A stretch of 64,000 nucleotides of DNA from Podarcis melisellensis. Its lineage: Eukaryota. Below are positions 8,436 to 21,578 of this stretch, one piece after another. The number at the start of each line of letters is the position of its first letter. The first letter of the stretch is position 1. The DNA is taken from NCBI GenBank assembly GCA_964234715.1, contig OZ174281.1; one strand, 5' to 3'. The notes under the pieces were generated by a model, which worked only from the letters and a program-made list of their open reading frames with translations, did no database searches and was not told where the DNA came from. Both the position numbers and the translations under genes were made by a program.

Positions 8436-9156
8436 TCACCCCATCGTGCGGATTCGAACCACGATTATTCTACCAAAATTTGGCTGTGTCCATCTTCTTT
8501 GAAGGGGCTACAGTGCTTGCAAACTTTATCTAATTGCCCTTACAAAAATATTTTCGTTTTGTTAATAATTTACTTTATTGTGTAAGCAGCCCTGGTGTTG
8601 GTATTGATGAAGGTTAGGATACAGAAAGGACTATCAGTTCTACTAGGCATGATGGCTATTTCAAACTCCACTGTTGGGAGGAGTCATGCCTCTGTGTACT
8701 ATTTGCTGGGAATCACAAATGAGGTGTGTGCTGTTGCATTCCTATAGGCAGGATGCTGGACCAGACTGGTCTTTGGCCTGATACAGCTCTTACATAATTA
8801 TTCCAATCAGCTGTTTGGTACAGAGCACCACCATCCATTTTGAACAGGTCTCTGTGCGTACACTGATGCTGCAGTTGGATTAGAGGAAACTTAACAACAC
8901 ATGTAGCACTTGGTTCCATATTCCTCTAAAGATGCATGTGACCCATGGCTTAATCGGGGCATGGACAGTTTTCATTTGTTGTCTTTCATATAATTTACAT
9001 TTCTTTTTGCAAAGATTGAAGATTGCACTCTCAACAGCTCACATGCACTGAGTAAGATTTCTTCACTGGGAGGATTTCCTGAGTGTCATTACCATTTCTG
9101 CCTTCTCAGCAATCACAGAGAATCACATCTATCATTTTCTTTGTTCCTAGTGAAAG

Positions 9157-9157
<1 letters not shown>

Positions 9158-9196
<39 letters not shown>

Positions 9197-9220
9197 CTCT
9201 CCCTCTCTCCCCCTCTCCCT
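9158..9220. repeat. (CT)n microsatellite / pyrimidine tract
   Basis: Direct reading. Confidence 0.9.
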
Positions 9221-9593
9221 CACACACAAAAACAAACAATAACATACAGATGCCTTCAAATTATCACAGGCTTTTCTTATTTTAAAATCCTACGCTATTG
9301 CCATTTATATTTTTGATGCAACTTCTTTGTACATGTCAGGTGGGACTGTGTCTGATAGAAAGTGTAATTGCTTTCTCTATTCTTCAGCTTCTGTTTCAAA
9401 GAGTCTTTTAAAAAGAGAATATGTGTTGCATATTGGTCCTTGACATCTTGTAATTTTAACCCAAAAGACCCTTTCAAGCAAGCTCCTTGCATAGCGTTCA
9501 TTATTGCCTTCATTTTCAATCAGATTTTTCAGGGGATTAACTAAATCTTTCTAAAGATACCTATCGCTGTAGGTGTATGCATGTGTGCTTGTC

Positions 9594-9620
9594 GTGTGTG
9601 TGTGTGTGTGTGTGTGTGTG
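9594..9620. repeat. (TG)n microsatellite
   Basis: Direct reading. Confidence 0.9.
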
Positions 9621-12600
9621 GCTGGGGGAGAGAGCAAGCAAGATTCATCTTTAAAGGAACATAGTCCACTTGAAGATCACATTTCTCCTTGGAACGTATA
9701 AATCCAATATCACTAAAGACTTACTGACATTTTATGCTTACATTAAGTATTCAGGCAATAGTAACCACAGATCTGTATAGGGAACACTGCACCATAGTGA
9801 TTAGATTTACCTGACGTCCTCCCACAACCTAAAGCAAGCAAACGTCTAAAGAAGGTTGTGCAAAGTTATTGGGGAAGATTCTTTCTAACTATCATTTATA
9901 GGCGCTATCGTTTACTTTGTTGTCTTAACGGTAGCTCGTTGTCAATCTTGGCTTGTTCACAACAATTATTTTTGAATGCACACCTTTAGGACCAAACTAT
10001 GCATTGCAGACTTGGAATGGGAAACTGTCTTTTCTTAGCAAAAGCAATCATAGGGACTCACCCATCCTAATCTGTACTGGGGTTGCAGTCCGTGGGGAAG
10101 TGGCTTCTCCCTTTCTTCCATGCTGTTTTCCTGCTGAGCATTTACCCAAAGTAGCACCCCCCCATAAGTAGGCCTATTGTGTAACCTTCCACTGCAGTGT
10201 ACATTACAATCCATGTCTGGGTCTACACAGCTATTTTTCTTACAGAAAGCAAATGGCCCATTGCAAGCATGTGATTTGGCCCTTACTGGAATCTGCTGTT
10301 TCCTTTTAGTTGCTCTCATTCTGGTCTGGAGAGGAGTGAAGGTTTTTATCCATATGGTGTGTTTTGACAACATGTTCATAGACCAAAAAGGTGTCACAGA
10401 GCCCCTAGCAAAGTCTGGTACTGTTATGGCATGACAAAACGCATGGGTAAAAAGCTTTATATCAGGTAAGGCTATCAACTTCCTTCATCCTAGCAGTCTA
10501 ATTACTAAAGTAAAGATTGTTCATTTTTACACCCCTCCCCACAGAATGTATATATTTTTTTATTAAAAAACTTAACTTGAAGCAGCATCAGTACATTAAA
10601 TAAGTAGGTGGAGGTTGAACTTTTCCTGCTCCAACTCCTACTGTTTTCCATCTCCACTCCTGTTAACTTCAGCCATATCTGCACTACATCTGCACACTCC
10701 CCATGACATATGTGAAAAAAATCCTGGGATCTATAGTTGGCTTAGGGGTGCTGGGAATTGTAGCTCTGGGTGAGGTAAATTACAGTTTCCTAGATTCTTT
10801 ATGTTCCCACTGTGTAGTAATAATAAATGGCTGAATTCTGGGAAGAAATCTAGTACATGCTGCTATTCCCATATATCCAACAAGAGTTGGACTCTGGATA
10901 ATCTTATGGATCCACAAGCCACCTCAGAAGATGTTGTTGTGCAATCTCTGAAGTTTCCTTTCAAATTCAGGTCAGCTTATCATCCTGAACATTGGCATAT
11001 CTAATAATATGAAAGACACTTAGTAGTTGTATCTAGCAGCCAGGATATCAGTATGATAGTCACTTCTTATAGCACTGTCATTGGTGGTGGAAACAAAGTG
11101 GTAGAATCCTGAAACAATATGATGCTGGGTGTGAAACAAAGCATTACTCCATGCTTTGTCTTTGAGTTTGGTTGCAATTATTGCGGATGTTCCTCTTTGT
11201 AGGCCGAGTCCTGGTGTTACAGCTTTGTGGGCCCAGGAGAAACACCACTTACTGTTTCAACGGCGGCAGCAACTGCAGCATTTGATTGGATCCTTAGTCT
11301 AAGATAGGGGTTGGAATGGACTCCCACCCCCTTCTCCAGGTTCAAATTTCAGGATACTCTAGTAGGGGAATCCGGGGGGAAGGTTTCTGCCTGAAGGCCC
11401 AGACGAGGGCTAACAGGCCATAGAACTGCTCACATGGCAATCTGGCAGGATCATCCTATTTGACTTGTGTCATGGGGGATCCTTAACCCAGGAATGACCC
11501 TAAATAAGTAATCAGCCAGCGATCAGGTTGGTTGATCCAGGATACATACCAGATGCCTATGCCAAAGCCTACTGACAACTGTAATCAATGTTTTTATCCC
11601 AAGCTGTTGTCCTGTTCTTTTTGTTGCTTTGTGCCTCCTGACGTCACCCCTGGTGGCTTTGGGTTCACTGTTGCTGGGCCCACAATGTGTTTTGCTAGTC
11701 ATCACTAAATGCCATGGACACTACAGTAGATGGCTGTGGGTGGAAAATTCAGTCTATTTCTGGTCTGTCTCTCTATTGCAGGTGTTGATTAAGAAGTCTG
11801 TTCCATCCCGTTTTCCTACATTAACCCACTTTTTTAAAAAATCGACAGAATTTGCATTTAAATACAAATTTGGATATATTTTCTTACAAAATTCACATTT
11901 CTACACCCTTTTTTTTTTTTAAAAAAAGCATTTCTAAATGTATTTTAAATGCAGTCCAGAAGAAGTGCAGATCAGGTCAGAATGTATCAGAATCCACAAA
12001 GTTTAACTTCCTCAAGCATCCTTACCTGGGTGACACACAACCTCATTCCAGACAACACAGCAAAGGCCCCAGTGGCTGAGGAAATAATTGAATTTTCCCA
12101 GCAACGAGGTACTGCTGTTTGCAACATCACCCAAAACAGATGCACTTCATTGATGGAAGCCATCAAGATCCTAAGCAACTAATTACCAACAATATTTGTT
12201 ACACTATAAACAGATCATTTGGAAAGAGACTTAAAGAAATTGTGGATGTAGAAGAGTGCTTCTCTTCCGGCATTTTAATCACCACAGAGATTCGCCGATT
12301 TTTGCCCCATAATAATCCTGCTGAATACAAAGCCTTCCCTGGGGAAGGTAGCAGATATGCATGATAATATAGCAGCTGACCCCCCTCCACCTTAGAGCTA
12401 GATTGCAGGTTATATACTCAGATGGTTGCACTGGGACGCAGAGAGCTACGCTGCTCATTCAAGAGCTCTAAGAGGCATTGTGCCTCAGGCAGATGCAATA
12501 CCTCCTGGAGCTATCTAACGCATGGGGGAAGTGTACTTGCTGTGCCATCCTTTAAAAGGTTGCAATATGTGTTCCGCTCTGCTACAGAAAAACAATTCTG

Positions 12601-13140
12601 CCGTTTAGATGCAAAAAGAGCTGAACGCACTCTTTTGGAGCTGTGCTTCGTTTGGAGTGTCTCACACCCACCAGAGAGTGCAAAGATTGTGAAAATGCTT
12701 CAGCTTGTTGAGTGACTCCAGAGGCAGCCGCTTGTCTTGACCCTGTTTTCTTTTTTGCAAGGTACACACAGCCACTGTCATTAGCACAGATTTCTTTCCT
12801 TCAGTGTGTCAGCGCATGCTTTCCCCCCAAGTCGAAGACTTAGGGTAGCCAACACGAGTTGGAGGTGCAGCGAATATGTAGGCAAAGAAAATAAGCTTTT
12901 TACTTTAGTTTGCACCTTTTTATTCTTGCAGCTAATTTCCTTCACGTTCTGCTGTAGCCTTTCCCCACATTTATTCCAATTTATCTGTATTTATTCCATG
13001 TGCCTCATAGCACCATCCTTCATCCAATTATTATTATTGTTAAAAAAGAAACTTGCTTTCTTCTAAGCCTAAGTACATTTATCACATATTTAGCTTTTTC
13101 ATCCTCATAACAACCCTGTGAGGTAGTCATAGACTGTTTT

Positions 13141-13804
13141 CAGGGCCGGATTTAGGCTTGATGAGGCCCTAAGCTACTAAAGGTCATGGGGCCCTTTATA
13201 TGTCCAGCTGTCCTTTGTCAACAACAAATTGCCGCTGTTTTTTGTGTTGAATATATGCTATGTGGTAATTTATGGACCTAATAGGTATCTAAACCCATTT
13301 GCATATGCAGAATGTAGGTACCCTATACAGTGGTACCTCGGGTTACAGACACTTCAGGTTACAGACTCCGCTAGCCCAGAAATAGTACCTCGGGTTAAGA
13401 ACTTTGCTTCAGGATGAGCACAGAAATCGTGCAGCGGTGGCGGCGCAGCAGCAGCAGTGGGAGGCCCCATTAGCTAAAGTGGTACCTCAGGTTAAAAATA
13501 GTTTCAGGTTAAGAACGGACCTCCAGAACAAAATATGTTCTTAACCCAAGGTACCACAGTATATAGAAATGAGCAAACCAGTGATATTTTAGGGAGCAGG
13601 CTAGCAGGCAGGGCCCATTACTTACATCATAGGAGCCTACACAACACAAAACACTATTGCTGTATGAAGACTTTATTTTATTTCTTTTTATCTTATATTT
13701 TGGAAATGTACATCCAGTTTTTTCCTTTAATTTTTTTGAGGGTCCTCAAGAAGAGTGAGGCCCTAAGCTATAGCTTGTTTAGCTTATACGTAAATCCGGC
13801 ATTG
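13141..13804. mobile_element. Non-autonomous hAT-like element containing a nested Tc1/mariner MITE
   Basis: TIRs CAGGGCCGGATTTA and TAAATCCGGCATTG; subterminal TGAGGCCCTAAGCTA repeated near both ends; TSD degraded. Confidence 0.72.
13328..13559. mobile_element. Tc1/mariner (Tigger/pogo-like) MITE
   Basis: TIRs CAGTGGTACCTCGGGTTA and TAACCCAAGGTACCACAG; TA on both flanks; same family as 21032 and 27358. Confidence 0.88.
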
Positions 13805-14039
13805 ATTTTTTTTGAGCAGTGTCATGGGAATGCCCACAGGATTTTTTTCATGGCACAGACAATGTAAATACTCCTAACAAATAAATAGGCAAACATAGCA
13901 AACATCCGAGAATGGGGTCTACAGTTTCTGGTACATCTGGTAACTGAGTGATGGCAAGGCCGGGCAAGAATATGAAATGAGCCTCTCAGTCAAAGTACTG
14001 GAAGTTTGGGTCCCTAGTAGGTATTTGGGTCCCTAGTAG

Positions 14040-14395
14040 GGGATGCGGGTGGCTCTGTGGGTAAAACTTCAGCGCCTAGGACTTGCCAATAGCATGGTCG
14101 GTGGTTCGAATCCCCGCGGCAGGGTGCTCTCCCGTCGTTTGGTCCCAGCGCCTGCCAACCTAGCAGTTCGAAAGCACCCCCGGGTGCAAGTAGATAAATA
14201 GGGACCGCTTACCAGCGGGAAGGTAAACGGCATTCCGGGTGCTGCGCTGGCTCGCCAGATGCAGCTTGTCACGCTGGCCACGTGACCTGGAAGTGTCTGC
14301 AGACAGCGCTGGCTCCCGGCCTCTTAAGTGAGATGAGCGCACAACCCTAGAGTCGGACACGACTGGCCCGTACGGGCAGGGGTACCTTTACCTTT
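14040..14395 (+). mobile_element. Full-length Sauria SINE
   Basis: tRNA-like head with B-box GGTTCGAATCC; BovB-like 3' part ending TACCTTTACCTTT; TSD TAGTAGGTATT at 14015-14025 and 14396-14406. Confidence 0.92.
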
Positions 14396-17300
14396 TAGTA
14401 GGTATTACCCAACATAGTCATCTTTATAGGAGAAAAAGCATGCACCTTGTTCCAGAGCTAGCTAGTAACCTAGCTAGTCAGATGAGTTCTGAGACAGTGT
14501 CTCTGAGTTCTGAGACATGTTTATTACATTGTAAATAGGAACCAAAATTTAGGGATGTTTCATTATGAAGGAGGAAGAAGGTCCATTGTCCAATGTGACT
14601 GGGCTGCAATTTAACTTCGGAAAGGGTCTCTGCCTGGAAGTGGAAATGAATAGGTGTGGTACAATTCACATGTGTGTCCAGTAGGCTGAAAGTTTTGCAG
14701 TTTTCTCCAACAGCCCTGAAAATAAAAACAAGAATTTTCAGACCGGTAAAGACAAACCTCAGTCTACTCTCCTGCTATAAAGCACCTCTAAATTGCAGGT
14801 GAAGTGACTGGGCTGGTGGTGACATTCCCCTTGATACACCTGGGCAGAGAAAATGTGGTCAGAGTAACCATGCAATTGGCCTGGCCATATGGTTCCTATA
14901 TTCAAATGTTTAGAGAAACCCATGGGAAGAAGCCAAGGCATCATTGCTGCTGCCAGGTGAAAGTAAATTGGGCTTGAGATGCCTTGATGCCATGTGTCAC
15001 TGTGGTCTATTGACTGCAACAAACATTAAAATGTACTTCAGGTGAGGTTTGCAAAAGCCAGTTTTGCTTGTTTTGGTGTCCCCTCCCTGCCTTAAACACT
15101 GATGAAGCTGTTCGTTTCCCTTCTTCAGACTTTCAATCTATGAGCTCCCTTTGTCCCTTCCTCTTCTTTCGCAGATTGCAGATGAGTTCAGATACTCCTT
15201 CTCCCTGACTGAACACTGAGTGGCAGAAGATGCTCTTAGCGCTTCTTTGGCCTCCCCTGTGCAGGAATGTGGAGTCTCTGCTGGGATCATACAATAACTA
15301 ATTACATATTCTCACTGTGTACAGCGCAGGCTTTCTAAACAAGAAATGATCCTCTTCCTTCATTGCAAATGCAAGTAACCTCACAGGGTTGTTGTGAAGA
15401 TTAAAATTGTGAGGGTTATGCATCCCCCTTGAGCTCTTTGGAGGAAAAGTGAGAGATGAATGTAGTAATAAACAAACAACAACAACGACACATTTAAACG
15501 CTTGACACGAACATCAGAATTCTACCACTATATCCCCTCAAAAAAATTAAGATTAAAAAAAATGCCTGAATGAAAACTCCTTCCCCATCTTTCCTCCATA
15601 TGTAATGGAGAGAGCAACTGTGCCTGATGTGCTACAGAAAAGCTTTTGACAATGACCGCATTTGTGGGTCTTATAAGTTTAATATGGAGGGGAAATCATG
15701 TAAGTTGTGTTTGTTTTTGAAATAACACACAATAGATTACATCAACACTTTGTGGACCAAATATAGCCGTTAAATGCACACGAGAAATTTATAATGAGAG
15801 GAAGAAAAGAAACAGATAGATGGATAATTTTATGAGTTTCATGAACGGTCTGTGGTTAGTGATGACTAGGAAGATCCAGGGGTTGTGCTATGCAGAAAGA
15901 ATGTATTTATTGGACACAGGGAAATCTGGAAAAATTTAGAGCGAAAATGTGGAGGGGTTTATTGATTCTGCCTATGGCACTGGTTTGCCTGTAAAACAAG
16001 TCATGGTTTGTTTCCTAGCACAGAAAGGTTTTGCTGTGGAAGGAAAACTAGGATGGATTATTTCCTGACAGAAACACTGATCTCACTTCATGTCTGTTCA
16101 GGAAAGGAAATTCAGTGTTGACTTCATCCTGGCTCCACCCATATCCAGAGGAAGGGGAGTGCTTTGGCCCTGGTAAAGGGGGCAGAGTATATGAGAAGCA
16201 GTATATGCAAGGCCTCAGTCATTTTTCGTCTTATGGTTCCCTGCTGGGGACTAGGAAGACTCAGATTACTGCACCCCATGGAATTCTCTCTGCCCCCATA
16301 GGAGTTGTCAATGTACATGTTTAGTTGCCAACTCAAGCTGGAAGCATTTCAGTTATTTCAGGAAGCCGACACATGGTTGGCATAATATCAGCCCTAAGTC
16401 TGTCAAAAAAGAGGTGCCACCCACCCACTGGATGACCCCCATTCACTCCTAGTTGTTTCCACCTGGGCATCCAAATACATCACTGCATTTAGGAGTTTGA
16501 TGAAGTTCCAAACCTGAGGGAGAAAAGCATGCAATGAACTTAAGAACTCAAGAATCTCCCTACTGGATCAGACCAAAGGCCCAATTAGTCCAGCATCCTG
16601 TTCTTACAGTGATCATCTTGATGCTTATGGGAAGTCCATAAGCAGGATCTAAGCTTGTGAATCCCAGCAACTTCTGTTCATAATGCCTCTGGTTCTGGAG
16701 GTAGTACATCACCATCGTGGCTGGTAGCTACTGATAACCATATCCTTCACAAGTTTCCTAACTTTTGTCCATGCAACTCCCCATTGTTCTCTGAACCAAT
16801 GATATTCCCCAGTCACATTCCAAACAATGCTATCATTTCCTGGGTTTATTCAGGAGATTGACGTGGGAGATCATGCTTCTTAATGGTGGTGAGTGAAGGA
16901 CACTCTGGATATGTTTGGAAGCACTCGCTTACTTAGTTTTAAGTGACTAGAGAGGAGGAGACAGAAGTTGTTCAGCTGGAATCTGCACATGTTCTGAGAC
17001 ACTCCCTTTATGACTACTCAGCTTATTTCTTCTTTCTGCTTATGAATCTCACTAACTGAACTTGGGCAAAGCACTAATTGCATTCCTCTAAATGATAAGA
17101 TAGTGCCCATTTCTATAATACAGTGTCCCACCGCCTGATGTTCTCCAGATGTTTTGGACCACAACTCCCATTGTCTCTGACCTTTGGCCCTGCTGCCTAG
17201 AGCTGGAGTTCAACATCTGGGGAGCACAAGATTGGTGAAAGCTGGTCCAATAACATCTATTTATGTTGCTCTGTCATTGGTGGCTTGTCTTGTTGTCATC

Positions 17301-17713
17301 TGGAACCATCTGTTTGCATGTCCTCTTAGTCACTGCTCTCAGCTGATAAGAACACAGGAGGCACCTGCTGGATCAGTCGAAAGGTCCATCTTGTCTACAA
17401 TCGTATTTCTCATAGTGACCAGCCAGATACTTCCACATACAGGACACGAAGGCAATAGCATGGAGGCTCCATCTAGTCATTGCCACACAAGATGATATGG
17501 TTGTAATGCACAGTGGTAGCTTGTAACTCATCAGAGTCTGCACTGTGTTGGCCCCCACCGTTGTCTGCCACATCATGGTAGGAGTGGCTAGTGCAGTGGG
17601 GCAGTGCCGGACACCACCCTCCTGATAGTGGCATTGGTGATTACTTGGATGGGGTGGTATGGCAGGGGCCACATGACAATGGTGGGTGGCACAATGGACA
17701 TGACTCTTACGCT

Positions 17714-18074
17714 AAAAAAGGTAAAAGGCAAAGGACCCCTGACAGTTAAGTCCAGTCACAGATGACTCTGGGGTTGTGGTGCTCATCTCGCTTTACAGGC
17801 CGAGGCAGCTGGCCTTTGTCCACAGACAGTTTTTCCAGGTCATGTGGCCAGCATGACTAAGCTGCTTCTGGTGCAATGGAACACTAAAACCAGAGCAGCG
17901 CATGGAAACGCCATCTACCTTCCCACCGGAGTGGTATCTATTTATCTACTTGCACTTTTTGGTGTGCTTTCGAACTGCTACGTTGGCAGGAGCTGGGACC
18001 GAGCAACGGGAGCTCATCCCGTCACGGTGATTCGAACCGCTGACCTTCTGATCGGCAAGCCCAAGAGGCTCAGT
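17714..18074 (-). mobile_element. Sauria SINE (slightly 5'-truncated)
   Basis: Tail complement AAAGGTAAAAGG; body collinear with the other copies; GATTCGAACC. Confidence 0.9.
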
Positions 18075-19341
18075 AGTATAAATCAGAGGTTTATCCACAC
18101 ATATCTCTCCATCCAGGCAAACAAGGGATATCAAAGAGGTGGGCGGGGTGAAGGAATTGAACATAGTGCTATGACACTCATTCCGTCAGCTCAAGCATTT
18201 CCACGTCACAGACAGCACAACCTCCCCTCTCCTGTGCGCTGTTCTGAGAGGTCCCAATGACCTCCTCAGAGCCAATTTTGAGGGTGCAGGATGTAGAAAG
18301 GGGCTGGAAGCCCTGTTGAGCTAACAGAGGTCCTTGTTCAGGCTTCTCCTAGTGGGACTCATTAGCCAAATCTCACACATCATCACAGCTCAAGGACTGA
18401 TGTGACCATTGCAAAACAGTAAGAAATATATTTGTAATAGCATTTAATATGTTTCATTGGAATTTAATTGGAATTTAACACCCATTGACAATGCGAATAT
18501 ATAATATTGAGGGATATTGCTGATTTTCTGAATGTGCGCACGTATTAAAAACCATTCCACCAAAGCAGTAGTACGATTGGCCAGTACAAAGCTCAACATT
18601 TTCAACCCTTGCATATTCTGACATCTTTATTTCACATTTGGCACTCCAGGTAAAAATGAAATAGAATGAAAAGCTAATGTAGCAACAGGCCTTGTACAAA
18701 AGTATAGCTCTCCACTGAGTAGCCTCTGCTTTACCAACATTCAATCAAATTCTCATTTAAGAGTGGGGTTCTTGTTTTTTTGATGTGCCTATTGTACAGA
18801 AAAGAGGGAGAGACAGAGAGAGAAAGAAAGAAAGAGGGGGGGGGAATCAGGATGTAAGCTGCGTTTGGTCATGGGTAGCAAGTCGATGCAGGGCTTTTCC
18901 TCTCTCCCCCAGAACAAAATGAAACATTCCTTTTATTTACTAAACTTGATGCATTTTCCAAAACACAGGGATTATTTTTTTTTAAAAAAATAAGTTATGT
19001 GGCGTGGATCCAGCCAGGAAACCTGTTTTACTGATGGGGTCTTTGCTTATCCTGTGTTCCTGTCATCAGTCTGACCTTGCTGCTTTTCCACAGTGCCATT
19101 ATACCCTGGGTGCTGGCTTATTTTCATACAGCAGCCCCCAACTACTTGATCCCACTTCATCTACTTCACGGACACAGACATTTGTTGGGCTTATTAGCTC
19201 AGCAGGGGCCTTATCATATTTTGTATCGGAGGCTGCTGGAGATGTCAAAAGATGGAAATGCCGTGTAGCTTTTTATCCTCCCTCCTTGCACTTTCTCCTC
19301 CAGCCCCACAGCACATTTGGATTCAATGCTCTGCTGCCACT

Positions 19342-19497
19342 NNNNNNNNNNNNNNNNNNNNNNNNNNNNNNNNNNNNNNNNNNNNNNNNNNNNNNNNNNN
19401 NNNNNNNNNNNNNNNNNNNNNNNNNNNNNNNNNNNNNNNNNNNNNNNNNNNNNNNNNNNNNNNNNNNNNNNNNNNNNNNNNNNNNNNNNNNNNNNNN
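19342..19497. other. Assembly gap (156 N)
   Basis: Run of N. Confidence 1.
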
Positions 19498-21031
19498 CAA
19501 TCCCTTCCCCACCCCCACCTCCGCCAACACTAGAATCAGTGTGCTTCGCTTGACCTTGACCAACATATGCACCCAGGGAACACTAATGAATTTGGGCCAA
19601 TTCATCTTGGAACTCCAAATTTAATCAAGCTGACATGCCAGGGAAAGCAGACTGTAATTAACTCCTAGCATTTTAGGCAATCTGTAAAATTCATAAACTT
19701 AGCTCGATCTGTGTTTGTGTTATTAAACATTATGTTTGTTTGCTTTAACAGCATACCAGGTTAGGAGTCGCAGGATCCTTACAATTAAAAACGGCATTTC
19801 TCCCCCCCTGAAATAAAGGATGAAATGCTTTTAAAAATAAAAATAAAAACAACGCGAGGAATCTGTGCTGCTGCCAATAATGCGAGCACTGTGATCTCCT
19901 GTTACTGAGCAGAAAAATTAAACATAGCCAATTAGCTCATTCCTGCAAAAAAGAAAAGAAAGGAAAAAGGAAATTTAAAAGGGGGGGGGGAGCTATCCAA
20001 TCATTTTATGCAGTGTTTTTGATATAAATGAATGCCTAGAAAATAAATACAGAGATTGTCCCCGTTGGATTGTTTTCATTTTAAAAAGATACATTAAAAA
20101 AAATAAACATCCAACAACATACAAGGGATCTCAGCAATAAAAGAAAGTTTAAGCTTTCTGTAGTTTTTGCATAACAATATTGGATGTTGTGCTCATGCTT
20201 ACTGATCATTATCTCACAAATTCTATGAATTTTAGATAAAGATTGGTACCCTTTCCCGTGAAATGCTGCACAAATGAAAGGAGGCCACGCTAGCTGCCCT
20301 CAGGGACAAAAAATGATGCTCAGTGAAATCTTGACAACATGCACAAAACAAAAACAATATACGCAAAACAAAAACAAAGACCTGGTCGTCTCTGATGCTG
20401 CTGCTACTGAAGTCCCTGTGGTTTGTAGGATTCCCTTATAGTCTCTTGTGGTCACCAAAACTACCCCCAGGGCAGGACCTCAAATCCTAAAGCCTTCGCA
20501 CTCTCTCTTTTTTATACATATATAAAGAAACATGTAGGTCCCCTGTGGCCACTTGAAGAGATGGGAGGACATGATTTGGGCCAAAGACATTAAAAGCGAC
20601 CTTTTTGTGCAGGTTTCATACGAAAGGGGAAATTGTGCTGGGTTAGAATGGAAATAGAATTAAATGGTTGAAAGTTTTAGCAATTTTATTGAATACATTT
20701 TTTTATTCAAAATAATGCCTAATGTGATGCATTATTGTATGCTGTTTTCGCTAATTTTTCTGTACATGTTGTCTGGATGGAGAACTTAATTGCAAAATTC
20801 AGATAAAATGTGAATTCTGAAAGATGACCTCCTGCAGATACTGTCATATTGGTTACATTTACCAGAATAACACTTTCTCAGCAACAAGCCTGGAGAATAC
20901 AGCATTCAGTAAGACAGCATTCACCAACCTGGTCCTTTCAGTCATCCCAAATTATCAAATTATCAGGGAGGATGGGTGTTGTCATCCAGAACGTTGTGGG
21001 GGGCGGGGCACCAGGTTGGGGAAAGCTAGTA

Positions 21032-21578
21032 CAGTGGTAAAGGTAAAGGTAAAGGAACCCCTGACCATTAGGTCTAGCTATGGCCAACTCTGGGGTTGCA
21101 GCACTCATCTCGCTTTATTGGCCGAGGGAGCCGGCGTACAGCTTCAGGGTCATGTGGCCAGCATGACTAAGCCGCTTCTGGCGAACCAGAGCAGCACACG
21201 GAAACGCTGTTTCCCTTCCCGCTGGAGCGGTACCTATTTATCTACTTGCACTTTGATGTGCTTTCGAACTGCTAGGTTGGCAGGAGCAGGGACCGAGCAA
21301 CGGGAGCTCACCCCGTTGCGGGGATTCGAACTGCGACCTTCTGATCGGCAAATCCTGGGCTCTGTGGTTTAACCCACAATTTGTTCCGGAGGTCCGTTTT
21401 TAACCTGAAACTGTCCTTAACCTGAAGCACCACTTTAGCTAATGGGGCCTTGTGCTGTCGCTGTGCCACCAGAGCACGATTTCTGTTCTCTTCCTGAAGC
21501 AAAGTTCTTAACCCGAGGTACTATTTCTGGGTTAGCGGACTATGTAACCTGAAGCATATGTAACCCGAGGTACCACTG
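21032..21578. mobile_element. Tc1/mariner MITE interrupted near its left TIR by a Sauria SINE
   Basis: TA-CAGTGGTA at left; body resumes at 21379 and ends CCCGAGGTACCACTG-TA; collinear with 27358-27586. Confidence 0.82.
21040..21378 (-). mobile_element. Sauria SINE
   Basis: (AAGGTA)n tail complement; conserved body; GGATTCGAAC. Confidence 0.92.

Larger units (their letters stand above)
2267..8463 (-). mobile_element. Sauria SINE split into three pieces (2267-2316, 2690-2937, 8436-8463) by a hAT MITE and the Gypsy element
   Basis: AAGGTAAA tail complement; the pieces join collinearly with the copies at 17714 and 21040; B-box complement GATTCGAACC at 8451-8460. Confidence 0.88.

Noticed and set aside
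19004-19624. 206-aa ORF and overlapping ORFs
   Set aside because: Artefacts of reading through the N gap.
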